Origin: Trypanosoma brucei
Taxonomy: Eukaryota
DNA: 64,000 bases
Direction of reading: 5' to 3'
Assembly (NCBI GenBank): GCA_000002445.1
Contig: CP000066.1
Coordinates: 576,001-640,000 of the forward strand
In this document: positions 53,540-64,000 of the stretch, in pieces
Position numbering within the stretch: position 1 is the first letter of the stretch
How the letters are laid out: every line of letters begins with the position of its first letter
The notes under the pieces: generated by a model
Seen by the model: only the letters and a program-made list of their open reading frames with translations
Told to the model about the DNA's origin: nothing
Database searches by the model: none
Translations under genes and position numbers: made by a program

Positions 53540-55197
53540 GCGGTGAAGGAAATATGAGAGTGTTATCAGGAGCCAACAGAATTTGTTTCTGAACTTTACC
53601 TTCCCTTCCTCTTTATTATTTCCCCTTATTTCAGTGATGATTCTGCTGCCGTCGCATTGTCCCACCCGCTACGTTCAATTATTTAGTAAATAGTTGGGAA
53701 GGGTGTCCACGTTTTTTTTTCAAGTTCTTTTTTTTTTTTTGGAACTTCCGGTCATATCCGAAATGGGCAGGGAGGTAGAAAGAGGAGGAAAGAGCAATAT
53801 AAACTTGGTTCCAGTCTGCGTTGCGTGAAATCCCCACGTTTCGAAACTGAAATAATATGTTCGAATGTTATGCTTAATAGTAACAATCACAATAATAATA
53901 ATAATACGTCTCACATCATCTTTCTTTCTTTCTTTATATTTAAATTTTTATTTGACAAAGAAAAAAGGATTATGGGTTTATAGTTAGGAAAAAATGACTA
54001 TATTTCCCCAATAACTGAGTTAAGGCGCATACCGCAGCAACATGCGAAACCCAAGTTTCAGTACCACTCAAATATACATTCATTAGTTAAAAATTTTTTT
54101 GCTTGCGGAATGAAGCTCGTTAGCTCACGCAAAAGGTGATGAAGTGGAACCGGCAATTTTTACAAAAAAAAAGCGTTATTGCTTTAATGACACAAGGGTG
54201 GGTATTCTTCGTAAAAACATAACGGCGTGATATGGGGTCAAATATGCGGACAGCCGCATATTTTAATTTTCGCACATGAAAAAAGCTCACCCGCAGCCAC
54301 ATCTCACTAGGGAAAGTTAGGAAGGGTAAAGTGCTCCCGCAAACGATGTGACGGAAGGATCAGAAATGATGCATTTGAAGATGGGGGCTGCCGGATTTTA
54401 TTATTTTGGGCCGGGGGAATACTCTTGCAAATGTGTGGAACGGGGGAAAAGGCAACACGAGGGGAGGGTTTTTTTTTAAAAAAAAGTGTCCGGGGAACAG
54501 GAATTTAATACGCTGTGCGGAGCATGGTGAAATTGGCAGAGGATGGTTTCATGGGAAGGACAGAGGTAGAATTCGGGCAAAACTGCTTGGAAGAAACTAA
54601 GCGAGGGTGCAATTTGTTAGAAATATCTAAATAAAGCGAACGTGGCGGATTGGGGGAAAGGGCGAGAGGAAACGCAAGAAACGCGAGCGCTTCTGTCAAA
54701 TACGGAAATACAGGAAATTGGAAGCAGGGCCAAGTTATCCGGTCAGATGCATAAAGACGCAACTCCCTCGTAATAATCCTCTGGAGAATACCATTAGGAA
54801 GTTTTATTTTAAAAAAAAAAAACTTTCGAAGTTCAACGCAAGATTCTTCGGAAGTACCGCAAAACTAAAACCGTGCCTACACTCGCTCCAGTCGACAAGA
54901 CGCTTTTAGCTAGTTTCTCAGTTGAGGTTGCACCTTTTGCTCCCAAGCATACTTGTTGTTTTGCTTTATCTGAAGAGATATAAAAAAAATACCACGCATC
55001 CGCAAAATGCGTCTGAACCAAACCGATCTTTTATGTATCGTATCAACTAGCCGATGAGGTGCGTGAGGAAACTTCCTTCATAGAATTGCTAAAACAACAG
55101 GTGTGTGGGGAGGAAGAAAGTGTTGTATAACAGTTTTGCATCGTTAAGACTCCGTGGGCACGTACCTGAACCAAACGTTAGGATTTAAGGGGTGTGC
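53540..55197. terminator. Convergent strand-switch region (probable Pol II transcription termination zone)
   Basis: Plus-strand cluster ends at 53539 and minus-strand cluster ends (3' side) at 55198. AT-rich with no credible ORF. No tRNA found by eye. Confidence 0.65.
54155..54400 (+). repeat. About 245-bp repeat, copy A (inverted partner at 63150-63395)
   Basis: The reverse complement of 54155-54400 aligns with 63150-63395 at roughly 90% identity by manual comparison. One example is atcatttctgatccttccgtcaca[c/t]tgtttgcgggagcactttacccttcctaactttccctagtgagat. Confidence 0.85.
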
Positions 55198-56385
55198 TTA
55201 AAAAACTAGAAAAAATAACTTAAGTGGTTCTGGGAGGCGGTTTACACCGCTGGAGGTGAATAATCTTCGTATGGAAGTCACGCATTCGCTCCCATTCCAT
55301 TCGCACCGCGGCTTCTGTTCCAGGCAAGTTACCTTGCTTTCGAAACCAGAGCATCCTCTTTTAGAGGACGTAGTCGGTTTTTTCCCCTCCAGTCCATTAT
55401 CAGTATTATTGGATTCGTCCTTTTCTTTTTCGCTTGAATTGTTTGGGACAGGTCGTGCCCCCCTCTTCAATTCGTTTACTTGGTTTTGAATCTTCACGAG
55501 GTACTCCTCGGCTTGGATCAGTTCTTCCATTCTGGTTGCAGCTTCTCGCAACTTTAGATACCACGAAATTGTTGGCGTGCTTTCATTGACGTGTCTTGGG
55601 AGATATATTACGCATCGGCCATGGCCAACCTCGGTGCTTCCGTCGCAGCCGTTGTGTAAGTCGGCGCCGCGCGCGCCCAGTAAGTTTCGTGAATCCGATG
55701 AAGAGTCCGGTATTTCCTGGAGTTCGCCAAGGAAGAAAGCGACCGCCTCTGAGAGCGCTTGAAGCGGCCGAGTTTTCTCTCTCCTCACGTTGCTGCACTT
55801 GGGATGGAGCAAATTCCAGTGATCAGGAGAATTTCTCTGGGGTACCCATGATCCTACATAAGTGGTGTTGCATCCATCACAGCAAACCGCGCTGCCGCCT
55901 TTGCCTTCGCTGGATGCTGCACAGATGCACAGTAAATCAAGCGCCAGCGCATCACCCGCTTTATTTCCGGGCTGGCCGCCAGCTCTTCCACATAACTCCG
56001 ACCTCCCACCCCGCGTGCGCCCGACCACCACCTGTTTATGACCGTTGCCGTACAGCGCTTCTGTTAAATTTTTTCTGATAGCTGATAAGGCCCGGCCGTT
56101 CCATAAATCACCGTTCTCTTCCTTATATGTTTTCGCTTTTAGTTTAAGTTCCTCAAGTTTTTTAACATTTTCTTCGGGCGCTTCGGCCTCTCCCTGAATT
56201 TCGTCTTCTGTTTCCTTAACCTTGCGCTCCAGATCCTCCGGTGTTTGTGTATCCAGCGCAAGATTTACAAAACCACACAGCGCTTCGAATTCCTTTCCAT
56301 TCACAATGTTGTTTTCATGCGCCTTTGAATTGACGCAGATATGTTGCAGCGTTACCACCGCAACAAACACGATGTAACTCCTCAT
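55198..56385 (-). CDS. Predicted secreted/GPI-anchored surface glycoprotein, family paralogue 1 (VSG-related-like)
   Basis: Signal peptide (MRSYIVFVAVVTLQHICVNS) and C-terminal hydrophobic GPI-type tail (LKLFFLVF). Shares EFEALC and ALALDLLCIC motifs with the three downstream paralogues. ATG 56385 chosen over the ORF-track start 56553. Confidence 0.6.
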   Translation of the reverse strand: MRSYIVFVAVVTLQHICVNSKAHENNIVNGKEFEALCGFVNLALDTQTPEDLERKVKETEDEIQGEAEAPEENVKKLEELKLKAKTYKEENGDLWNGRALSAIRKNLTEALYGNGHKQVVVGRTRGGRSELCGRAGGQPGNKAGDALALDLLCICAASSEGKGGSAVCCDGCNTTYVGSWVPQRNSPDHWNLLHPKCSNVRREKTRPLQALSEAVAFFLGELQEIPDSSSDSRNLLGARGADLHNGCDGSTEVGHGRCVIYLPRHVNESTPTISWYLKLREAATRMEELIQAEEYLVKIQNQVNELKRGARPVPNNSSEKEKDESNNTDNGLEGKKPTTSSKRGCSGFESKVTCLEQKPRCEWNGSECVTSIRRLFTSSGVNRLPEPLKLFFLVF

Positions 56386-56831
56386 CCCCAACAATTTCGT
56401 ATATGCCTTTTTGTTCACAATGATGTCACCTGTCTCCCCAGAAAATTCGAAAGATGACGTACCAAACTTAGCGAAAAATACACACATACCGCGTAGGTGA
56501 GGATCATGACGAATAAAAAGCTCTCTCGGCTTCTCTCCCCAGCACACACACAAAAAATTGTTACATAACGTTTCAGCTCCCTTGAGAAGTCATAGCATCA
56601 CAAGAGAGCTCCACATGGAAGCCACCGCTGCTATCTCGATAGCAGCATCAAAAAGCCAGACACAAATTCCAAAAAAAGAAGGTGATACCACCTTAATTAT
56701 TCATCCAAAGAAAAACGAATTCATATGCGATTGTTAATAAACCCACATATTGTTAAAATGAAACACACGTACACATAAAAGCAAAATATAAAAAAGATAC
56801 TGCACGACAATGTTGGTAGCGTACCAGTAAA

Positions 56832-58202
56832 CTAAGACATACAAAAAAGGGATAGAATCATTAATGTAAAAATATCAGTTGTTATATCTATATAGTTGAA
56901 TCCATTATTATTTACTTCAGCATTGCCACCTTCACCATCATCCTGACCTCGGTTACTTCGCCATAGCTCAGCATCACCACCTAGCTTCACCTCAAGAAAT
57001 ATTTCCTCTGCCTCATGTTGGTATTCTTCCAATTCGTGAAGATGACTGTCAGACTCTTTGGCATACTTTGCCATTTCTTGTAGTTGCTCGGTGGCGTTAG
57101 TAAGATGGTTGTACCAAGGGATCCCACCATTTTCAAGTGTGTAGTTGTAGCTGACACATGTGAATCCAGCAGTATGACCCGTGCAGGTGCGATTCTCGTT
57201 GTTTAATGTTTTCACATAACCAAGAATACCCTTCACCTGATACTTATCCTGTTCCATTTCCACTAACGCATCGAACTGAGCTAGCGCACTCTTTAAGGTT
57301 TTCACATTAGATGCAATATTCTTGTACACGCAAGCTTTACTAATCACATCCCATGCCTCAGTATGGTTGTATTTTATATTTTCAGGCTTGCAGGTATTAT
57401 AGTTGCTCGGACAATACTCAGCCATCATAGTCCAACTACCATTTTTAGGTCTCCTTATTGCATCCTTACAAGGACAGTCATATCCACTGTATATGTTTTC
57501 ACTACTTGAGCCAGTATCCATTTGGTATACGCGTGTCTGTCGCTCTTCCTTCTTTTTTTCTATAGCCTCTCCCACACATAGGCAAAAGAAGTCATTAATT
57601 AGTGTCTTTCCAACTAGCTTGTCTCCGTAAGAACCACAGCTTGCGTCCGCATTGTAGACACTATTGAACAACAGTGATTTGTTTCCCCTCATGGCTTCCT
57701 CCAGAGTTTTATTCTCATTTCTTGCCACATCCACAGCGTCGCCATACACAGCCCTCAGCATATTTTCTTCAGCAGAGCGACTTGCATTCAAGGCTTTTGT
57801 CCTATTCACCTCTATCTGCTCCTTAAGCTTTTTCGCCTTCTCAAATAGTTTCTTCATCTCCTGATATGCTGTCGTGCTGTTAGATGAATTGTTCGAGCCC
57901 TTATTGCCACCAGCAGCTTCTGCCTCACTGACCATTTCCTCCAAATTCTTCAGAATCTCTCCTTCCTTCTCACGATTCTTAAAGGAGGGTTGCGGGGCCT
58001 CTGCTTGCGTGATTCGGTAAATCTTGCACAGTGTTTCGAACTCACCAACGTTGTGATGTTTTTCATCTGCATCGACGGTCTCCATAATCCTATCCCAGTC
58101 AAGCATATCAGTTCTCCATCGATATTCTGCCATATCACCCTGAGAGGAAGGAGATAAAACAACCACAAGCATCCCAACGGCAAACACTGTTTCGTGTCTC
58201 AT
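56832..58202 (-). CDS. Predicted secreted/GPI-anchored surface glycoprotein, family paralogue 2
   Basis: Signal peptide (MRHETVFAVGMLVVVLSPSSQG), motifs EFETLC and LINDFFCLC, multiple N-glycosylation sequons, and C-terminal hydrophobic tail (IFTLMILSLFCMS). Confidence 0.6.
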   Translation of the reverse strand: MRHETVFAVGMLVVVLSPSSQGDMAEYRWRTDMLDWDRIMETVDADEKHHNVGEFETLCKIYRITQAEAPQPSFKNREKEGEILKNLEEMVSEAEAAGGNKGSNNSSNSTTAYQEMKKLFEKAKKLKEQIEVNRTKALNASRSAEENMLRAVYGDAVDVARNENKTLEEAMRGNKSLLFNSVYNADASCGSYGDKLVGKTLINDFFCLCVGEAIEKKKEERQTRVYQMDTGSSSENIYSGYDCPCKDAIRRPKNGSWTMMAEYCPSNYNTCKPENIKYNHTEAWDVISKACVYKNIASNVKTLKSALAQFDALVEMEQDKYQVKGILGYVKTLNNENRTCTGHTAGFTCVSYNYTLENGGIPWYNHLTNATEQLQEMAKYAKESDSHLHELEEYQHEAEEIFLEVKLGGDAELWRSNRGQDDGEGGNAEVNNNGFNYIDITTDIFTLMILSLFCMS

Positions 58203-59418
58203 CGTGATTTTGCCTCTACAATCATCAGTCAAAAGGAGGGAAAAAAATCTTATTATCACGTTCATTACTGTTATTGACAAACACAACAAACATGGAGATA
58301 CATCAATGTATCGAAGTTAACAAGTGCCCGACACAAGTCAACCGAAACAGTATCCAACAAAACAGGAAGCACATCCCAATACATACAGTTAGATGAGTGT
58401 ATTCTTTCAAGCTGGACATCAACGTTAGACTTCCTCACAACTGCGGTATTCTCCTTTTCGTTACACCATTTCTCCTAATTTCCTCCCCAAAAAATCTGCT
58501 TTATTTGATACCATGCCAGTATATCCAATTTTCCAACTGAGTTCCTCTTGCACTCCCTTGATTTCCTCAATAATAAGCTGATCCATTCTCTTAATGAAGA
58601 CTTGCACCTTTATGCCATGTTTTTTTCCACATCCTTCATTGGATCTGTTAGTTTAAGTTGCCATTTTATGGTCTTATTTGCTAATAGATTACGTGCTTAA
58701 TTCGCACGTGTTACCTTTATCCAATGCACACAACTCTGCTGCTGAACTCCACTCAGCATATCCTCCTCCACTCATACGCATACTCACAAAACTTTTTGTT
58801 TACCTATTCTTGACCATGCACAGTTTCCTGCCTTCCATTTTCTTAAGCCATACACTAGAAAAGATAAAAGTTGTATTTTCAAAACACCATCTCGGATACT
58901 TATGCTCACTATTGAGGCCCTTGATTATATGGTGACATGATGGAATATTATGGTATTTTCCAACACAAAAAAGTCCCAGAATAATTAGTGACCTTCCCTG
59001 TCAGCACCCTCATTTAGATCGTTCACCTCATTAACCAGCCACCATCCTTATAGATACGCTGGTAGAAAAAAACGGAAGTTATGCACGTTATCGCCCATCC
59101 CCTCAACGAATTCTATCCACCCTTACCCCACACAGGTTTTTTGCATAAGAAACGACAAACAAGAAACAAAACTACTCTTGTGAGCACAAAACCAAATATT
59201 TCTTCCTTACTTCACATGCAGAAAGAATTAACACACCCCACTACCCTACAACACAAATGGTGGAGGGACAGCCATAGTCACTACCACTCACAATTAAGAT
59301 AACCCAGACAGGGAAACTCCAGATAAAGAAATGCCCAGTTACGAGAAAGATCCTAGCGCGCACACGTAAAGATATTTCATTTATTATGGAACAGGGAGAA
59401 TATTAATGAAAGTACTTT

Positions 59419-60393
59419 TCAGATGGTAAAATTAGTACTCTTCATATTATCAATGTTATTCGTGCTGAACTGCAGCGAAGTGAAATTCCTATGGATATCG
59501 TTGAAGTAGCTCTGCAGTAAAGTGATATTGGCCATCATATCCAGGAGTTCAGGAGGTGCTTTGCCAGAAGTAAAAGGTTCGATAAGAGGGTCAAATATCT
59601 CCTCCACGTAAATTTGGAGCTGAAAAAAAGCGGGGCCGTTCTCACGCCAGTTTATTAAGCCAGTTGAATTCTTCACCGCACCACCCTTATATAAGTTGTC
59701 ACGCGGTAAGTTCAAGCATTTGCTCACAGATCCAGATCCAGTTAAAACATCAATTTGAAGGCAACCTCCCCTGTATTTTTGGAGAGTGATCTCGTTCACA
59801 CCGGTTAATAAAGGACATGTCTGATCAACACATACGACTGGGAACCCCCTGACACCTTTCAGCGCTCCTTTCTTGCACTCGGGTCCTTCATCATTGCTCA
59901 CGGCTTTAACGTCATCCCACACAGTTCTTGCGATCTCAGCAATAGCTGTGTAATATTTATTTGATGTTATGAGGGCACCAGGTATTGCATTCCTCACTGC
60001 CCTCACGCTTTCATTAACCTCAGCAAATAATCCACCTGCCTTAGCAACAAGATCTCCCATTGCATTTCCATAAGATATAAGGTTTTCCAATTTATCATTT
60101 TCCTCTACCATTACACTGCTAATAACACTCAAATATATAACACTTTCGCCTGTTTTCCCTTCCATGTCATCCAGCATACGAGACGCATTTGCGTATACCT
60201 CCTCATTCAAAAAAAGCTTCCTCTCGCCATCTGTATATAGTTTGTTTAAGGCATCTGAAAGACATTTGAGGTAACATACGGATTGGTTTAAGTTTGTGCC
60301 CTTGTCATCATCTATTGATGTGCAATAACTTTCTTCTGCCACTCCAAAGGTCACAAAAAAAAAAACAACCAATCCTACAATCTTAATTTTCAT
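59419..60393 (-). CDS. Predicted secreted protein, family paralogue 3 (no obvious GPI signal)
   Basis: Classical signal peptide MKIKIVGLVVFFFVTFGVA directly after a pyrimidine tract. Cys pattern and N-glycosylation sequons are present. The C-terminus is hydrophilic. The ORF-track upstream extension to 60684 is judged non-coding. Confidence 0.5.
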   Translation of the reverse strand: MKIKIVGLVVFFFVTFGVAEESYCTSIDDDKGTNLNQSVCYLKCLSDALNKLYTDGERKLFLNEEVYANASRMLDDMEGKTGESVIYLSVISSVMVEENDKLENLISYGNAMGDLVAKAGGLFAEVNESVRAVRNAIPGALITSNKYYTAIAEIARTVWDDVKAVSNDEGPECKKGALKGVRGFPVVCVDQTCPLLTGVNEITLQKYRGGCLQIDVLTGSGSVSKCLNLPRDNLYKGGAVKNSTGLINWRENGPAFFQLQIYVEEIFDPLIEPFTSGKAPPELLDMMANITLLQSYFNDIHRNFTSLQFSTNNIDNMKSTNFTI

Positions 60394-61732
60394 TACTAAA
60401 CAATTACATTTGACAAGAGGAATGAAAAAAACACATACACATCGCCACACAAAACCAATGAGTGTCACAAATGTATAATCCCAATACCCACAGTGTTTCA
60501 TACACATAACATTGAACCACATAATAAATATTGCTACAAGAGACGTTAAACCCAACAGAATATGATGCTCCTTCTTCATTGTCAATCCTCCTTCATCCGT
60601 CACATCGTCATCATCCTCACTTCCATTGCATTTCCTCCCACTCTCCTTGAAATATTTACACACAATCAGGTTTTGAGATAGCAACTCTTTCAGTTTATTT
60701 TCATGCCCAGTAAAGGAAACAAAGATCAGCTCTACATCACCGTACCGTTTGGTGATACTCCCATATCATTTTGTGACTAAATTGTAGCTGTTGATAAGCT
60801 AGGGCACTATATCACTGAACATTAGGGTGACAACACCATCCCTATGGTAGTTAACGAAACCTCCGGTAGTTCCCACTATGAAAGTTCCAACTCCTGCAAC
60901 CGCAGCACCTTACGTACCCATGATCCAGCAATTGATGGTTGCTATCGGTTGTAAATTCAATTGGTTGATTAGCTGTGTAATTATTTGTGCAACCAATATA
61001 CCATCATTTGGCATATCTTCAGTGAAAGAGAAATTACACATGTTAGGAGATTCCGCTACTCTGTGCTTATGTTAATTACTTTAACATTCATTTCCTGAAG
61101 AGGCGGCTTTCTCCTTCACAAGACAACAACCATTTGCTTTAGCATTTGTTTGTCTAAAAACCATTACCAGATCCTTCAACACTTGTCCAATTGACAATGA
61201 TGCATTCACAACATGATTAGACACTCTTATTTCGTTTAAATAACTTGCGTCTATTACCTGTCCAGGTTCATCTGTATTCTTCATTATATTCCTCAACCTC
61301 TACGTTATCGCTTTCCATGCCCTTCCCTTTACATCATAGTGATATCACCACATCAGAAACCCATTCAACATTTACATAGCCTCCGATTGTCATCTTCAAA
61401 ACACTAACACTCACAGTCCCCAAGGCACAACTGAAGCTAAATACCGTTTGTGTCCCTTGACGGACACCTCAACTCAGTGCCAGGGTCTAGCACCCTGCTC
61501 AGGTAAGAGAAAAAAAGCGACAGCATCCTACTCCATTAGGATTAAGTTCAGACGGAAAATCCAAGGCTTCAATTCACAATGGAGCACACACCGTAAACGT
61601 TACAGGACAAGCATTATTCTTGGAAATAAAATAGGCACAGTTGCTGTGCCGTCAACTATACCAAAAAGAAATCCACTATTATTACCATTAGTGTTAGTAT
61701 TGGCGCAGTGGAGCCACATATGATGTTGTGTG

Positions 61733-62845
61733 TCACAGCAGAAAGAGCAAAAACACCACCAACGGTGAAATAGCCTGAGCGACATTTTTCGGCCGAAGTG
61801 GCTGGTGTGAGGGTTGGAGTGAGTGATTGGTTCTTGTTTCACCAAGAGGAACCAAGTCAGGGTCGGTGGTGCTTTGTGTAGCTGCACTTGTGTTGGGTGC
61901 CATTGGTGTATTGCCATCAGTTGCCGTTGAGGGAGATTGCTTGGGACGTTGCTCGGGAGATGGATCCTCCTCTGGTTGTACCTTTATTTCCGGGGGTGAC
62001 TGACGGGGTGGTGAGCCTCTTGTTGGAATAGGCGGTTCCCTCTGCTCCTGCGGTGGCATTTTGTTGACTTTTTGTGCATTTTCCTTTTTAGGGGTTTTCA
62101 ACCTTTTGACAAGGTCTTCTAGTTGTGTCAACCACTCAATTTTGACTTGATTTGCTCCTCCGCCTTCCATTTTATAGAAAACACATGGGGCGTTATTTGC
62201 ACTGCCAGACCCTCCACAAGATTTGGTGATCGGCTCCCGCCCGTGTCCGAAGCGCTTAGTTTCCCTCTCTGTTGTTTTCTCGGTCATTTCATTCAGTTTT
62301 TTCCTAAGATTTTGGACGGTTGTGGTTAATGATTCAAAACCGATGCTTTCTATATTAATTTGCTCGGTGCACTTTTGCTTGATTTTCCCCCAACTTTCTT
62401 CGGCTCTGTCCTTGTTTCCCCAACTTTCGGCAGGATCATACCACGCATTGGCTTCGTAGCACAGATTTTTTTGGTGGTCACCGTTTCCGCTGGGTCTGCA
62501 AAGACACAGAAGGTCCAGCGCTAACGCTTTGCCTCCAAATCCGCCTCCGAATATGCTGGTGTAGCCACAGTCAGCTTCTCGTTTTTCTTTTCCAGTCCAA
62601 TTAAGGGAGCCATCGCTGTCACTACCGTACAAGACTTTCATCGCGGAACTGTCGAAGTCGTTTGCGACCTCGGCTGTGAGTCTCTCTTTCTCCACCCACT
62701 CGTGTATTCTCAGTGTCAAATTTAAGAAACTGCAGAGCACGTCAAACTCCCTTTGGTTCAACGTATTTTCTATCTCTGCGGCCGGCACGCTCAACCCTGC
62801 CGCCTTCCAAACCACGCACAGCATAGTCACTAATATTTTCCACAT
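61733..62845 (-). CDS. Predicted GPI-anchored surface glycoprotein, family paralogue 4, with Pro/Ser/Thr/Gln-rich stalk
   Basis: Signal peptide (MWKILVTMLCVVWKAAG), motifs EFDVLC and ALALDLLCLC, a roughly 70-aa mucin-like stalk (PPQEQREPPIPTRGSPPRQSPPEIKVQPEEDPSPEQRPKQSPSTATDGNTPMAPNTSAATQSTTDPD) and hydrophobic tail (ISPLVVFLLFLL). Confidence 0.6.
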   Translation of the reverse strand: MWKILVTMLCVVWKAAGLSVPAAEIENTLNQREFDVLCSFLNLTLRIHEWVEKERLTAEVANDFDSSAMKVLYGSDSDGSLNWTGKEKREADCGYTSIFGGGFGGKALALDLLCLCRPSGNGDHQKNLCYEANAWYDPAESWGNKDRAEESWGKIKQKCTEQINIESIGFESLTTTVQNLRKKLNEMTEKTTERETKRFGHGREPITKSCGGSGSANNAPCVFYKMEGGGANQVKIEWLTQLEDLVKRLKTPKKENAQKVNKMPPQEQREPPIPTRGSPPRQSPPEIKVQPEEDPSPEQRPKQSPSTATDGNTPMAPNTSAATQSTTDPDLVPLGETRTNHSLQPSHQPLRPKNVAQAISPLVVFLLFLL

Positions 62846-63149
62846 CGCCTTCCTAAGCATCAATAAAAAAAATGAAACAGATAGTAGAGAAATCTCCAAT
62901 GAGAGGGGCAGGGACACTTTTAAAGGGTGAAAGTTTAACCCTATTAGGTATTTCATGAAACATCAGCAGAGGTCAACCAGAGAAGATATGAAAGCTCATA
63001 TCTCCATAGACTACATTTATTTTTTTAAAAGTCTCTTTACCATCCCAAGACTAGTTTGGCACTTAAGTTTACTTCTGGTTTTGATACTTGCTGCCATTGT
63101 CTTAACCTATCTGCCTTAAAGTTTTGATAACATCAAGGGTTTCCGCTCT

Positions 63150-63395
63150 TTTTTGGGGGCCTCCATCTTCAAATGCATCATTTCTGATCCTTCCGTCACA
63201 TTGTTTGCGGGAGCACTTTACCCTTCCTAACTTTCCCTAGTGAGATGTGGCTGCAGGAGAGCTTTTTCATATGTGGAAATAAAACCACGCGGCTATCCGC
63301 ATATTTGACCCCATATCACGCCGTTATGTTTTTACGAAGAATACCCACCCTTGTGCCATTAAAGCAATAACGTTTTTTTTGTAAAAATGCGATTA
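63150..63395 (-). repeat. About 245-bp repeat, copy B (inverted relative to copy A)
   Basis: See copy A. Similarity ends abruptly at both edges (gtaaaaat | divergent). Confidence 0.85.
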
Positions 63396-64000
63396 ATTAT
63401 TAACATGACTATTGAAAACGCTATTGTGATGTTGAACATGGTTTACCGTTTCAATTCAATTATTTCACCACAACAATAGCCAAATAATACACGATCTACC
63501 AAACAAACGCAACAGAAAGGCATTCACCAACTTCAGAAAAAAAATTTATTCAAACGGTTTTCAAACAGTACATATCCTACCATTCCCACCCAAAACACCT
63601 CAGAAACTGTTGATTTTCAAGGTAAATCACAAATCGAAACATAAGCAGCAAACTACCCCACCCATACAAATACACGAGAATAAATGTGGTATAACAATAC
63701 CAGATAAGCTCGGTGACCGTATCCTACACCAAAATAGGTATTAATAACAATGTGAGGCTTGGGCACAAAATATGAAGGGCCATTGATTCCGCCTTTTTTC
63801 TTAGGGCAGAGGAGTTCTGTTCCCTTTCATTGGTGATGAGGCTATTATTATCACCCCAAAACCAGTTTTTTTTATCACTGCCTCTCCATGTGGATATTTT
63901 CCTTGTCTGGCGACCCGGCACTCACTTTTTTCTGCTTTTCTTAGGTGATGTTAATTGATTGCCTTACAGCCTATACCATTTATCTATTCACGAACGTTAC

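Overview
This 64-kb window reads as a trypanosomatid nuclear chromosome segment, most like Trypanosoma brucei. Genes are intron-less and densely packed in directional clusters, with pyrimidine-rich intergenic spacers and many microsatellites. There is no CRISPR array or prokaryotic-style system; this is eukaryotic. There are three transcription blocks. The first is minus-strand (1-9393) and encodes a partial TPR protein, a KIF-binding-protein homologue, eIF3j, succinyl-CoA ligase alpha, a BRO1-like protein and three hypotheticals. A roughly 2.4-kb divergent strand-switch region follows (9394-11857). It carries a C11 tract and a 330-bp GC-rich block with an SRP-RNA-like motif, which I treat as a candidate small RNA. 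The second block is plus-strand (11858-53539) and holds about 26 genes. These include Clp1 with a degenerate P-loop, VPS33, a J-protein with a C2H2 finger, Hep1/Zim17, PACRG, CSN2, both RING peroxins PEX2 and PEX10, a zDHHC palmitoyltransferase, a MORN+VPS9 alsin-like protein, an AGC kinase, a PUF protein, ARV1 and a coiled-coil PH-domain protein. A convergent strand-switch region (53540-55197) ends this block. The third block is minus-strand (55198-62845). It contains four divergent tandem paralogues of a secreted, GPI-anchored, VSG-related-like surface protein family. The whole array is bracketed by inverted copies of a roughly 245-bp repeat (54155-54400 and 63150-63395). That surface-gene array and its flanking repeats are the most unusual structure in the window.
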